Positions 8,625 through 20,565 of a stretch of 64,000 nucleotides of DNA are shown here, one piece after another. This stretch comes from an uncultured Eubacteriales bacterium (GTDB lineage Bacteria; Acidobacteriota; Aminicenantia; Aminicenantales; Aminicenantaceae). The DNA lies in NCBI GenBank assembly GCA_964538085.1, contig CAZIDF010000008.1:80466-144465 (forward strand), written 5' to 3'. Below the pieces are notes generated by a model. It searched no databases. It was not told the origin of the DNA and was given only the letters and a program-made list of their open reading frames with translations. Numbering within the stretch: position 1 is the stretch's first letter; every line of letters begins with the position of its first letter. The position numbers and the translations under genes are program-made.

Positions 8625-10364
8625 TTATCTAAATACCAATATTTTCCAAGTGTTTTCCAGTCTCTCCAAAGTTAATGTTTTTTTCCCTTCGAAAATCACT
8701 TTATTGCTTCCCGTTTTTTTGTCAAGGCCGACTAAAAGATGGGAGAAACTCACATCGGCATGGTCCCGATCTATAAAATTGATCTGAAGATCGGCTATTC
8801 GAGAGTTAATATCATCATAGTTATTGAATAACTGCATAGCATCAGCCCTCTTTTTGGACGAAAGTGACGCAGGGCCGATATCGCTTAAAAATGCCAATAG
8901 ATCCTTTTGCTCTTCTGCATTCCTCTGACGTTCGATGATTTGACGAATGGCATTTTCTGAGAGCGCACGATCAGCCAAATCGAAATAACGTTGAGCCTCT
9001 GTGTTGTGGCTGTCTATTTTCAGCGCTTGTTCCATGTTGACCATTGTCTGCTCGTAATTGCCACTTTCATAATCCCGTTTTCCTGCTTTGATGTACCTAT
9101 CTACCTGGTTCTGACTTATTTTGCCTCTTGCTCTTGAAAGATAATCGAGGGCTTCTTTATTCTGTTCGTCTTGAGCCAATATCATCTGGGCGATTCTGAT
9201 AGACTCTGAATAGTCACCTCTCTCAAAGCTTTTCACCAGCTTTTCCGAATCTGTCTCAAAAAATTCCATAACCGGGATCATCGGGCGTGAAACCGGCAAG
9301 GCGCTTTCGACCAAAAGGGGCTGAACATCCCCTGAAAAAGATGTTCTGTTCCCGAATTTTCGGTACAGGAAAAAACCTCCGATCCCAGCTACGATGACAG
9401 CCCCTGCCAAAGCGAGCGGAAGGATAATTTTTTTCTTCTTTTTCGCCGGAGCTTTTATGCCAAATGCTGATTCTCGAATACCAGTCATGGCCAAGGTCTC
9501 ATCAGAGAAATGTGTTATTTTCCTCAAATCGGCGGCCAAATCCGCACAAGAACTGTACCGGCTATCCGGATCCTTTGCTAGAGCTTTTGCAATAATGAGT
9601 TCGAATTCTGGCGGAAGTTCCTTTCTGACCTGGGCTAAGGGTATAGCTTCTTCATTGACGATTTTGTATATCACCGTCGTGATACTTTCGCCATCGAAAG
9701 GCCTCTTTCCCGTAAGCAGTTCGTATAATATGGCACCCAAAGAAAATATATCTGAACGCTTATCTATCTTTTTCCCCATCACCTGTTCTGGCGACATATA
9801 GCTTGGAGTTCCGATCGTTGTCCCGGTTTGAGTTATTGTCGACATCTCGACATGTGCCACTCCGAAGTCACAAATGTGCGGTTTCCCATGGATATCCAGC
9901 AATATGTTGGCGGGCTTGATGTCTCTATGCACGATTCCGCGTTGGTGAGCGAAATCCAAAGCATCACAGAGTTGGAGCATGAGCTTCACGATATCGGGAG
10001 CTGAAAATTTCTTTTTGGAAGAGATCCAATTCTGAAGACTGGGACCCTCGATGTACTGCATGACGATATAGGTCATATCTTTTTCTTTTCCCACATCGTG
10101 AATGGTTATGATATTTGGATGGCCAAGTCTGCCCGCGGCCCTGGCTTCCCGAATGAACCTCAACATAAGCTCATTCTTTTCCTCATCATCTGAGATAAGA
10201 TCGAAACGGATGGTCTTGACAGCGACTTCACGATCTATATCAGGGTCGAGAGCTTTGTACACGATGCCCATCGCACCTTTGCCCAAAAGATCGATGATTT
10301 CGTATTTCCCGATTTTTTCCATACGCCCTTTTCTAAATCCAGAAAAATTGTGTTCGCTAGACAA
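8625..10364 (-). CDS. Hanks-type Ser/Thr protein kinase with a TM segment and C-terminal TPR-like domain
   Basis: Kinase motifs are GKGAMGIVYKA, VAVKTI, HRDIKPANILL, DFGVA and GTPSYMSPE. A TM segment LPLALAGAVIVAGIGGFFLY follows. The start may instead be the downstream Met at about 10322. Confidence 0.85.
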   Translation of the reverse strand: MSSEHNFSGFRKGRMEKIGKYEIIDLLGKGAMGIVYKALDPDIDREVAVKTIRFDLISDDEEKNELMLRFIREARAAGRLGHPNIITIHDVGKEKDMTYIVMQYIEGPSLQNWISSKKKFSAPDIVKLMLQLCDALDFAHQRGIVHRDIKPANILLDIHGKPHICDFGVAHVEMSTITQTGTTIGTPSYMSPEQVMGKKIDKRSDIFSLGAILYELLTGKRPFDGESITTVIYKIVNEEAIPLAQVRKELPPEFELIIAKALAKDPDSRYSSCADLAADLRKITHFSDETLAMTGIRESAFGIKAPAKKKKKIILPLALAGAVIVAGIGGFFLYRKFGNRTSFSGDVQPLLVESALPVSRPMIPVMEFFETDSEKLVKSFERGDYSESIRIAQMILAQDEQNKEALDYLSRARGKISQNQVDRYIKAGKRDYESGNYEQTMVNMEQALKIDSHNTEAQRYFDLADRALSENAIRQIIERQRNAEEQKDLLAFLSDIGPASLSSKKRADAMQLFNNYDDINSRIADLQINFIDRDHADVSFSHLLVGLDKKTGSNKVIFEGKKTLTLERLENTWKILVFR

Positions 10365-10515
10365 AATATCTCAGAAATCCCCCACTTGTCAAGAAAAGAT
10401 TCCCCTGTTGAGTCCACCCCGTGCCAGCTCACCCCTCCGCTAACCCACCTCGCCCTACATTAAGGTAGTATTGTGTCCTATGTTAAATAATGATATACAG
10501 GAATGTTTTTCTGCC

Positions 10516-11610
10516 ATGAAGATTTCTAAACAAAATGCCCGAGAGTTCCAGAAAAAACTCCAGGCTTGGTATTCCACACATCACAGAAAACTGCCATGGC
10601 GGGAAACACAAGATCCTTACAAAATATGGATATCCGAAATCATGCTCCAACAGACAACAGTCCAATCCGTTATTCCCTATTACACCGAATGGATGACATC
10701 TTTCCCAGACATGTTGACATTGAGCAAGGCTCCCCTGCAAAAGGTACTCAAAGCATGGCAGGGATTGGGATATTACAACCGAGCGAAAAACCTCCACCGG
10801 GCATCCAAAATCATCGTGACTGATTTCAACGGCCACATTCCTCAAGATTACGAGGATTTGATAAAATTGCCAGGGTTCGGTCCGTACACAACAGCGGCAG
10901 TCCTAAGCATCGCTTTTGATAAGCCCCATCTGACTATCGATGTCAACATCCGACGTATTATGATGCGGCTATTGAAATGGTCCCAAAAAGCCACCTCCAG
11001 CATCGACAAAAAGCTTCATCTATATTTCTTGCATCTTCTTCCACAAAAAGACATAGGGATATTTAACCAAGCGTTGATGGAACTGGGATCACTCGTTTGC
11101 AGGCCAAAAAATCCCTTGTGTCTGCTGTGTCCGGTGATCGACTTCTGTGGTGCCTACAAAGCTGGCAAACAGGAGGTCATCCCTATCCCCGAGAAGCGAA
11201 GTTATAAAAAAATTGACGCCGTTATTGGAATAATCGAAAAAAACGGGAATTTTTTGATCCAGAAAAGACCTCCGACTGGATTGTTGGCCGATCTTTGGGA
11301 ATTTCCAGGGGGAAAACTAAAAAAAGGAGAAACAGCCGAACAGGCTCTTAGGCGAGAAATCCAGGAAGAAATCGGTTCTAATATCCAAGAGGTACGATTC
11401 CTCACGAAGGTGCAGCACTCCTACACTCAGTTTCAGGTTACCCTCCAAGCTTGGTCATGCACCCTGAAAACTAATCCAGCCTTAGACAAGGATCGTCATC
11501 GCTGGGTGTCTCTCAAAGGAATGCGGCAGTTCCCCTTTCCATCCGGGAGCGCTAAGGTTATCCAATTTTTAGAAAACAGAAGAGAGGCCAATCGCAAGCG
11601 ATGTCCATAA
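10516..11610 (+). CDS. mutY: A/G-specific adenine DNA glycosylase MutY with C-terminal NUDIX-like domain
   Basis: HhH-GPD motifs are LPWRETQDPYKIWISEIMLQQT, LPGFGPYTAAAV and an Fe-S Cys cluster CRPKNPLCLLCP. The C-terminus carries LWEFPGGK...E. An alternative upstream start is at 10471. Confidence 0.8.
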   Translation: MKISKQNAREFQKKLQAWYSTHHRKLPWRETQDPYKIWISEIMLQQTTVQSVIPYYTEWMTSFPDMLTLSKAPLQKVLKAWQGLGYYNRAKNLHRASKIIVTDFNGHIPQDYEDLIKLPGFGPYTTAAVLSIAFDKPHLTIDVNIRRIMMRLLKWSQKATSSIDKKLHLYFLHLLPQKDIGIFNQALMELGSLVCRPKNPLCLLCPVIDFCGAYKAGKQEVIPIPEKRSYKKIDAVIGIIEKNGNFLIQKRPPTGLLADLWEFPGGKLKKGETAEQALRREIQEEIGSNIQEVRFLTKVQHSYTQFQVTLQAWSCTLKTNPALDKDRHRWVSLKGMRQFPFPSGSAKVIQFLENRREANRKRCP

Positions 11611-12653
11611 CCCGAATCACATCCGATTATCGATTCGTTCCTTATGGAAGCCGGTTCCGGCCCAAAAAGGACACCCTTGTGTTGGATGTCGGAATGGAAA
11701 CCATCCCCGGGATCATCGATCATCACCATCCCGATGCAGAATCCGAATGCACGGCCTCCCTGATCGTCAAATACCCCTCCTTGGTCCTGAACCACATCGA
11801 CAGGGAAAAAATAACACAAGAATCCGGCCAACCCTATGTCTTGAATATTTTTACACATCGTCGGCCTGACTTCGATGCCATCGCTTCGATATTTTTGGTC
11901 CTCCGGCTATTGGAAACAGGAAAGGTCGATCCTGTCATGAAAAAAATCGGCAGCTTCACAAAAATGGTCGATTCCGCTACCCTTCCCAAAGGATGGGACC
12001 TTCCTTCGACTCCCTATGCCATTCTCAGGGCTCTGTTCCTGAAGATAAGAAAAAAGAATGACGAAGGCTATCTCAAGAGGGTGAGAAAGGGCCTGAATTT
12101 CATGAATTTCCTTTATAACAAATCGAGGGAAGGCCAAGAGATCTTCCAAAATAAATCCATTTATGCTGGAATTTCTCATTACGAACAAGCTATCCGCAAA
12201 GCAGAAGAGGATTATTTCGATTATCTATGGGATCTGGAGCAGAGCCAAATTCTCAGCCTTGATTTGCCTCTTTCTTCAGGATTAGGAAAAAAGACGGTGG
12301 ATGGGCTTATAACGAGAAATCCTCGCAGCTACCTCTTTAAAGACTGGGCCCGCAGAGACAACACCCACACGCCTCTCATGCAAGGATTTTCATTTCTTAT
12401 GACCAATTTCGGGAATAAACGTTATATTCTTGGAGTGGATCCTGAGATGGGTGTCTATCTCAAAGGTTTGGGGGATCTACTCAACATCAAAGAAGCTGAA
12501 CGAAGAAAACGGGAAAACCGGCCCTTTAACGAGCATTGGTATGAAGGCAAATGCCCGTTGTTTAACTTCCGTATCATCGACTCCCCTCAAGATGTCTCAT
12601 CGCTATCTCACCAGGAGATCTTGGACACGATACTGAAATTCAGCCAATCATAG
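11601..12653 (+). CDS. hypothetical protein; overlaps the mutY stop by 10 nt
   Basis: The 350-aa ORF has coding-like composition. It contains IIDHHHPD and RRPDFDAIAS, reminiscent of DHH phosphoesterase motifs but in atypical order. No confident family assignment. Confidence 0.45.
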   Translation: MSITRITSDYRFVPYGSRFRPKKDTLVLDVGMETIPGIIDHHHPDAESECTASLIVKYPSLVLNHIDREKITQESGQPYVLNIFTHRRPDFDAIASIFLVLRLLETGKVDPVMKKIGSFTKMVDSATLPKGWDLPSTPYAILRALFLKIRKKNDEGYLKRVRKGLNFMNFLYNKSREGQEIFQNKSIYAGISHYEQAIRKAEEDYFDYLWDLEQSQILSLDLPLSSGLGKKTVDGLITRNPRSYLFKDWARRDNTHTPLMQGFSFLMTNFGNKRYILGVDPEMGVYLKGLGDLLNIKEAERRKRENRPFNEHWYEGKCPLFNFRIIDSPQDVSSLSHQEILDTILKFSQS

Positions 12654-15600
12654 TTATTTTTTGCGCCTCACAATAAATATGGTATACATGGCTGGGACCA
12701 CCACAAGAGTGAGTATGGTGGCAAAGGAAAGCCCGAAGATGATCGTCATGGCAAGAGGATTCCAAAAGGCTGCATTGTCCCCTCCGAAATAAATTTGAGG
12801 GTCGAGACGGGTCAGGAATGTCTGAAAGTTGAAGTTCATCCCGATAGCCAGAGGAACGAGCCCTAGGACAGTAGAAAGGGCAGTGAGAAGAACCGGCGTG
12901 AGACGCGTGGCACCGGCCTGGATAATCGCCTCCATCCTGTCCATCCCCGTTGCGATGCGGTTGTCGATGTAGTCGATGATGATGATACCGTTTTTCACCA
13001 CGACTCCGGCTACAGCGATGATACCCATCCCTGTCATCATGACCGAGATATCGATCCCAAAGACCACAAATCCCAATAATACCCCGATGAAACTGAAAAA
13101 AAACATCGAAATAATGATGAGAGGTTTAGCTATGGAATTGAACTGGGCCACCAAGATGATAAAAATAAGAGCAAGGGCGATGAACATGGCCAGAACCATA
13201 AACTGGCCGGTCTCCTGCTGCATATCCTGTTCACCCGTAAACTGGATGGTATAGCCTTCAGGCATGGGGAATTTGGGCAAAACACGGCCGATGCGGAAGA
13301 TGATCTCGGTGGCATTGTATCCGGAAAGCACGTTGGATGAGATGGTGATAACCCGCTTGTTGTCGATGCGTTGGATGCCCCCATAGCTGGTCTGGTACGA
13401 AATATTGGCCACGGATGCAAGAGGGACCTTATAAGGCATTGAGTTCGGCTCACGGGAAGGTACGGTGATTTCTTGGCTGAGCAACACTCCGAGATCTTCC
13501 CTGTATTTTTTGGCCAAACGCAACTGAATGGGATACTCCTCATCGCCCTCTTTGAACTCCGAAATCTCTAGCCCGTAGATGGCGGTTCGAAGGGCCATTC
13601 CGATCTGGGCAGTGCTCATCCCTAATTTATTGGCTTTGTCACGGTCGAGCTCCAATATCAGCTCAGGTTTGTTGACCTCCATGCTTGATTTAAGCTTTTC
13701 GATCCCTGCAATGTTCAATGACTCGACGAATTCGATGAAACGTTCTGAGATGACCACCAATTCATCTATTTCCTCTCCGGAAATTTCGATATTGATCGGC
13801 ATTCCTGTAGGGGGTCCCATAGCTTCCCGGTCGATACGGATTTGTGCACCAGGAATTCCCTTCACATCTGCCCTGAGTTTATCTAGATATGTGCGCGTAC
13901 GTGGTCCGGTTCGGTATTTGTACTCGACAAACGTTATGGTGACCTTAGCCAGTTTGTCCTGTGCAAATCGCTCGAATAAACTGGCTCCTGCACCGAGTGC
14001 CACGTTGGAAACCACTGACTCCACATCCGGATTGTCTCGTCCCAGTACGTCAAAAACTTTATCCTCCACCTGCTTACAGACCTCGTTTGTAACATCAATG
14101 TGAGTCCCTTCGGGCATGGTGATATACACAAGCAGAGAGTTGGGATCGCCGCTTGGGAAAAATACGATTCTGGGTGTTTTGATCCCCATCAGAAAAAAGG
14201 AAAAAAACAAAAGGAGGACAATGGAAGTGACAACAAGATAGGGCCGCTTTCCCTTGAGAGAAAAGCCCAAGGTCTTCCGGTAAAGATCCAAAAATTTCGG
14301 TAGCACACAGCACTGGAATTTGTCGATAAAAAAGTAAACCACATACTTGAAAAGATAATAAAGGATCAAACCGAAAATCAGGAGGTTCGCCAGCACTCGC
14401 ACGCCGGATACAGTGAAAAACACGATCAAGGCCAAAGCAATACCAGTCAGAATAAGGGCTTTTTTTGATGGGAGCCGGGTGCGCTTTTTATCGTCTTCAG
14501 GGTCTGGTCGTTTCATGAAGGAGACGGCAAATACCGGATTCATGATATAGGCCACTAATATGGAGGCCGCCAGTGTAATGATGATCGTGATAGGGAGAAA
14601 TGACATGAATTTGCCGGGGATTCCGGGTGTGAAAATCAAAGGAAAAAAAGGCGCGATCGTGGTCAATGTCCCGGTAAAAACGGCCAACGCGATCTCGCCT
14701 GCACCTCGTTTGGTAGCATCGATTATGCTCAGGCCTTCCGTCGTCGTGAAATGTCTGTAGATATTTTCTACCACAACGATAGAGTTATCCACCACGATCC
14801 CCAGCACCATGATGAATGACATCAGCACGACCATGTTCATCGTGAATCCCACCAATGGAATGAAGATAAAAGCGATCAGCATGGAAAGGGGGATGGAAAC
14901 GCCTACGAACAGAGCATTGGCTTCGCCCATGAAAAACATCAAGATGAACACGACCACGATGAACCCAAGGATAACGGTGTTGAACAGGTCATCGACAGAA
15001 TTTTTGGTTTGGGTGCTGCTGTCTCCAGTAAGGGTCACGATCAGGTTTTTGGGTGCAGTTTTTTGATAATCGGCCACAATAGCTTTGATCTTGTCAACAG
15101 CGAAGATCAGGTTCTCGCCACTCTTTTTGATGATATTGAGGGTGATAACGTCCTGTCCGTTTAGCCGGGCGTAGCTCTCCCGGTCTTTGTATCCATCCTT
15201 GACCTCAGCGATATCTTTGAGATAGATTCCTTCCTGGAGCATGAGGTTTGCGATCTCATTGACGTTGCTGAATTCCCCCACGACGCGAAGATTTCGTTTC
15301 ATCCCGTCGGTATCGATCTGACCGGCCGATATCGTCAGGTTTTCAAAGGACACGGCGTTCTGGATGGTGTTAAAAGAGAGCCCAGCCGCTTGCATCTTGT
15401 AAAGATCCACATTGATCTGGATCTCTCTATCGAGAGCTCCAGCTATATCGGCTCTCGTGATCTCTTCGAGGGCTTCGATTCTATCCTGGAGTTTTTCGGC
15501 GATCTCCTTGAGATTGACCAATCCGAGGTCTCCCGAGAGGTTGATGAACAGGACCGGGATCTCGGACAGATCGATCCGTGAGATCTGAGGTTCCTGGAAG

Positions 15601-15983
15601 AGATCTGTCGGAAGTTCTGGCCGGGCATCATCCACAGCCTGCTTCACATCGAGATAGGCTTGGGTCTCGTCGGCCGAAAGTTCGAATTCCACAAAAATGG
15701 AGGAATAGTCTTGGATGGAGTTGCTGGAAATCTGTTTAACGCCATCGATTCCTTCCAGCTGTTTTTCGATCGGCCGGGTTATCAGGTTTTCCACATCTTC
15801 AGGAGCCGTTCCCGGATGGATCGTTCCGATCATGAAATAAGGGAATATGATCTCAGGAAACCGTTCTTTAGGAGTGGCATTGTACTGAATGATACCGAAG
15901 ACAATGAGCAAAACGGTGAAAATATAGACGGTTGTGCGATTGGCAATCGCCACATTGGAGGGTTTGAATTCTTTGTACTTCAT
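12654..15983 (-). CDS. RND efflux transporter permease (AcrB/HAE1-like)
   Basis: The protein is 1109 aa with 12 TM helices and two large periplasmic loops. The N-terminus MKYKEFKPSNVAIANRTTVYIFTVLLIVFG is typical of the family. Confidence 0.9.
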   Translation of the reverse strand: MKYKEFKPSNVAIANRTTVYIFTVLLIVFGIIQYNATPKERFPEIIFPYFMIGTIHPGTAPEDVENLITRPIEKQLEGIDGVKQISSNSIQDYSSIFVEFELSADETQAYLDVKQAVDDARPELPTDLFQEPQISRIDLSEIPVLFINLSGDLGLVNLKEIAEKLQDRIEALEEITRADIAGALDREIQINVDLYKMQAAGLSFNTIQNAVSFENLTISAGQIDTDGMKRNLRVVGEFSNVNEIANLMLQEGIYLKDIAEVKDGYKDRESYARLNGQDVITLNIIKKSGENLIFAVDKIKAIVADYQKTAPKNLIVTLTGDSSTQTKNSVDDLFNTVILGFIVVVFILMFFMGEANALFVGVSIPLSMLIAFIFIPLVGFTMNMVVLMSFIMVLGIVVDNSIVVVENIYRHFTTTEGLSIIDATKRGAGEIALAVFTGTLTTIAPFFPLIFTPGIPGKFMSFLPITIIITLAASILVAYIMNPVFAVSFMKRPDPEDDKKRTRLPSKKALILTGIALALIVFFTVSGVRVLANLLIFGLILYYLFKYVVYFFIDKFQCCVLPKFLDLYRKTLGFSLKGKRPYLVVTSIVLLLFFSFFLMGIKTPRIVFFPSGDPNSLLVYITMPEGTHIDVTNEVCKQVEDKVFDVLGRDNPDVESVVSNVALGAGASLFERFAQDKLAKVTITFVEYKYRTGPRTRTYLDKLRADVKGIPGAQIRIDREAMGPPTGMPINIEISGEEIDELVVISERFIEFVESLNIAGIEKLKSSMEVNKPELILELDRDKANKLGMSTAQIGMALRTAIYGLEISEFKEGDEEYPIQLRLAKKYREDLGVLLSQEITVPSREPNSMPYKVPLASVANISYQTSYGGIQRIDNKRVITISSNVLSGYNATEIIFRIGRVLPKFPMPEGYTIQFTGEQDMQQETGQFMVLAMFIALALIFIILVAQFNSIAKPLIIISMFFFSFIGVLLGFVVFGIDISVMMTGMGIIAVAGVVVKNGIIIIDYIDNRIATGMDRMEAIIQAGATRLTPVLLTALSTVLGLVPLAIGMNFNFQTFLTRLDPQIYFGGDNAAFWNPLAMTIIFGLSFATILTLVVVPAMYTIFIVRRKK

Positions 15984-17128
15984 GGCATCCTTTCTACCTT
16001 TTCCTCTTGGATAGAAACGGTCTGACCATCAGCCAATGTCTGGAATCCAAAGGTGATCACGAATTCTCCTGCGCTAAGGCCTTCCCGGATCTCGACCCGG
16101 TCGGAATAATTTTCGCCCAAGGTCACGGTTTGCCGGCGTGCAATCCATTTGTCGTTCTGTTTCTCTGCAACGAATAAAAAGTTAGCGGTTCCTGTATCCT
16201 GGACGATATTTTGAGGAACGGTAATGGCCTCTGTGTTGGTGTAATCGTTTATGGTCACAACCGACAGCATGTTGGGTTTTAAATCTTTCTCCTGAGCTGG
16301 GATTTGAATTTCGATCTGGAAAGTGCGATTGTTCAGATCGATAACTTGAGACACCGCATCGATTTTCAGTTCCATCTCACGCCCCACAACAGGGACCTGT
16401 ACCTTGACAGGATAGTTTTTCCTGACACTGGAGATGTAGTTTTCAGATAGAGCGACAACGATCTTCAGACGAGATAACTGGACTATGCGGATGGTACCGC
16501 GGCCTGCGGCAGCCATCTCCCCTTCTTTGATCATCACATCATCCACAGTGCCGCTGATCGGCGCATAGATTCTGGTAAGTTTGACCTGTTCGTTGAGGGT
16601 TTCCAGTTTTTTCTCTAGGTTTTCTTTATTATTTTTAGCCTGAAGATATTCAAGTTCGCTGCCGATATTCTTTTTCCACAACCTCTCTTGTCGCTCGTAT
16701 ATGGTGGTGACCAGTTGAAGAGAATGTTTAACCTCATCGATATTGCTTTCCAAGATAGCTCCGTCCAATTCCGCCAAAAGCTGACCTTGGTTCACACGGT
16801 CTCCTTGTCGGACATGGATTTTTTTCACAACACCGTTAGATTGAGCAGGAATTAAAATGTTGTTATCTGACTCAATAGTGCCCTGTACTTGGATATAATG
16901 CTGAAAAAGAGAGGGTTGCACTTCGATTCCCCGAACAAACGCTATATCTTCCTTTGGAGATACACTTGTCTCCCCCTCGATCTCATTTTTGAGTTGTTCT
17001 ATCTGGGTATCGAGAGCCTCTCGCTGAGCTTCTAGCCGAGCTAGCCGTGCCTGATTGTCCTGGGGAGGGCCACAAGCAGCGATAATCAGCATGATCAATA
17101 CCGGAATTATGAATGTTTTTTTGTTCAT
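15980..17128 (-). CDS. RND efflux periplasmic adaptor (membrane fusion protein), lipoprotein
   Basis: The true start MNKKTFIIPVLIMLIIAACG carries a lipobox. It has coiled-coil and beta-barrel MFP architecture. It overlaps the RND gene by 4 nt. Confidence 0.85.
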   Translation of the reverse strand: MNKKTFIIPVLIMLIIAACGPPQDNQARLARLEAQREALDTQIEQLKNEIEGETSVSPKEDIAFVRGIEVQPSLFQHYIQVQGTIESDNNILIPAQSNGVVKKIHVRQGDRVNQGQLLAELDGAILESNIDEVKHSLQLVTTIYERQERLWKKNIGSELEYLQAKNNKENLEKKLETLNEQVKLTRIYAPISGTVDDVMIKEGEMAAAGRGTIRIVQLSRLKIVVALSENYISSVRKNYPVKVQVPVVGREMELKIDAVSQVIDLNNRTFQIEIQIPAQEKDLKPNMLSVVTINDYTNTEAITVPQNIVQDTGTANFLFVAEKQNDKWIARRQTVTLGENYSDRVEIREGLSAGEFVITFGFQTLADGQTVSIQEEKVERMP

Positions 17129-17132
17129 GTTT

Positions 17133-18530
17133 TTATCCTTCTGTCGAAACTTTATAGTCGTTGCGAAGTCTGTCCAGCTTGTTTTTTGCATCCAATAGTT
17201 CGGACATGGCCTGAATATAGCTGGACTGAGCAGCAAGGAATCGGTCATTGGCCTGAGTTAGGTCTGTGCTGGATGCCAACCCTTCCTGATACTTGATCAG
17301 TGTTTTTTCGTATACCTTTTGGGAAAGTTCCATATTCTCTTTTACATTGATATAATTTTCGTAAGCAGAAGAGAGGGCATTTTTAGCTCTGGCCTCTTCA
17401 AGAAGAAGACCTTGAGAGACTTGGAGCTTTGTCTGACGGGCCTGATCCAATGCAATAGAGGCCTGATTCACTCGAGCTTTTTGCACACCGCTTTTGAAAA
17501 GCGGGATGTTGAGGTTCACTCCGACGATTTGCGAGCGGTACCATCGTTCATCGAAATCTAAAAAATTGAATCGGTCGCGTTGAGCAGCCCATGATAAAGA
17601 ATAAAAGGCACTGATGGTCGGCCAGTACTGGGCTTTTTCATTCTTGAGATTCATCTCTGCCAGCTTTTCTTGTGTTTGGATCAGACGATAATCGATGTTC
17701 TCTTCCAAGTCGAGACTTCCTTCCAATGCATTTTGTACATCTTGCTCCGAGATGATCTCTTCTAAGCTTTCCGTGAGCTCTATCTCTTCGCTGAGGTCGA
17801 TCCCCATCTGGAATTTCAGCAATTGATATGCCGTTTCCGTTTGCTTCTCGAGGTTCTGGAGACCATTTTTAAGCGCTGTCACCGAGATCTGGATGACATC
17901 GGCATCTGTTTCCTCGACAAAACCCTCATTATAAAGTTCACGAATCTCGTACAATGTCTTTTCCAGATTTTGCAGGTTTCCCTGGAAGATTCTTTGGCTC
18001 TCCTGAGAGACAAGGATCAGGTAATACGTTTGGGACACTGTTTCCATCACATCTAACTGGGTTCTTTCCAAACCTTCGGTGGCCAAACGTTTGTAGATCC
18101 GGGAAGTCGCCAGACCGACAAAGTAACTTCCGTTGAACACAAGCTGTTGGATTTGCAGATTGAGATTGGCATTGTGTTGCGTGCCGAACTGAATCTCGAT
18201 CTTGTCATTAGGATCATTGAAAAAATCTGGAATAAGTACAGTGGGCAGCTCGATGTTGTTGTTGTAAGCAAGCGAGGTGGAGATCTGAGGCAATCCTGCC
18301 CCGATGGTTTCTCTTATCCTTCTCTCGGTCACAGCCACATTCATCTCGGACTTGATCGACTCATAGTTGTGCTGGATGGCATAAGTTTGAGCCTCCTGCA
18401 GGCTGAAGGTTTTGAGACTTTTTTCAGCAGATGCATTAGGCTTGATCAGAACCATCAGCATCAATCCCATACATACTATCTTTGTAAGATTCCGACTGAG
18501 ATGGCTTTGATTAATAGTTTGAACCGACAT
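17133..18530 (-). CDS. TolC-family outer membrane efflux protein
   Basis: It is 465 aa with a signal peptide and the two-repeat OEP architecture. It ends 4 nt before the MFP start, forming an OMF-MFP-RND operon. Confidence 0.85.
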   Translation of the reverse strand: MSVQTINQSHLSRNLTKIVCMGLMLMVLIKPNASAEKSLKTFSLQEAQTYAIQHNYESIKSEMNVAVTERRIRETIGAGLPQISTSLAYNNNIELPTVLIPDFFNDPNDKIEIQFGTQHNANLNLQIQQLVFNGSYFVGLATSRIYKRLATEGLERTQLDVMETVSQTYYLILVSQESQRIFQGNLQNLEKTLYEIRELYNEGFVEETDADVIQISVTALKNGLQNLEKQTETAYQLLKFQMGIDLSEEIELTESLEEIISEQDVQNALEGSLDLEENIDYRLIQTQEKLAEMNLKNEKAQYWPTISAFYSLSWAAQRDRFNFLDFDERWYRSQIVGVNLNIPLFKSGVQKARVNQASIALDQARQTKLQVSQGLLLEEARAKNALSSAYENYINVKENMELSQKVYEKTLIKYQEGLASSTDLTQANDRFLAAQSSYIQAMSELLDAKNKLDRLRNDYKVSTEG

Positions 18531-18736
18531 GATTCATCCTTTATTCTGATATAAATTTCCTTTTAGATATTTAAAAGGATGAGGAAAAAGATCGTAGGTT
18601 TATCTAAAAAGCATCGACCCTAAAATTCTTTCTTATTTTCCTCTTCTAAGTTGTTAAATACGTATTTTAGCATAATTGGTTCACTATGTATCGGGTTTTT
18701 CTCCTTATCTGGAAAAAATAGGTTCACTGGCAGTCC

Positions 18737-18829
<93 letters not shown>

Positions 18830-18878
18830 ACCGGAGGATTCCGGTCCTCATTGTAACACTTTTACAACCGGAGTCAAC

Positions 18879-18968
18879 TGGCGGAGGGAGAGGGATTCGA
18901 ACCCCCGTCACGATTGCTCGTAAAGCGGTTTTCAAGACCGCCGCCTTCAACCACTCGGCCATCCCTCC
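18879..18968 (-). tRNA. tRNA-Ser (anticodon TGA)
   Basis: The reverse complement reads GGAGGGATGGCCGAGTGGTTGAAGGCGGCGGTCTTGAAAACCGC...GGGGGTTCGAATCCCTCTCCCTCCGCCA. It has a long variable arm and anticodon TGA. Confidence 0.85.
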
Positions 18969-18969
18969 G

Positions 18970-20316
<1,347 letters not shown>

Positions 20317-20565
20317 TCATCAACATTCTCGGCCCTGCGGAACTGCGCTTTCCTATGTGAATCCCAACTCAACGATCCATGTTTTCCTCAACATCTCCCA
20401 ATGCCTATTCCAGTGCTCAAACAGTCCTCGGGTCCGACTTTGTCGGATTCCCTCGAATACTGAATCGAAAAGGCTAAATCTTTAATATCGTTCAGTAGAT
20501 TAATAAAAACATCACTAGAGTTTGCAGATATGACAGTTGACTAGAGGCGGGGGAATAAAATATAG

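Noticed and set aside
10365-10470. C-rich segment (CCACCCC / CACCCCTCC / CCCACCTCGCCC) in the STK-mutY divergent region as a functional element
   Set aside because: It is only a compositional oddity with no repeat or dyad symmetry that I could identify, and is probably promoter spacer DNA.
13579-14103. Many antisense or overlapping ORFs inside large genes (e.g. 13579..14103 in the RND gene, 24133..24762 in the M14 gene, 39382..40326 in transketolase, 45925..46638, 49868..50626, 53506..54222, 55681..56447)
   Set aside because: They are embedded in the opposite strand of long ORFs with strong family matches. They have low-complexity or Arg/Ser/Pro-rich translations typical of antisense reading frames, and no RBS context.
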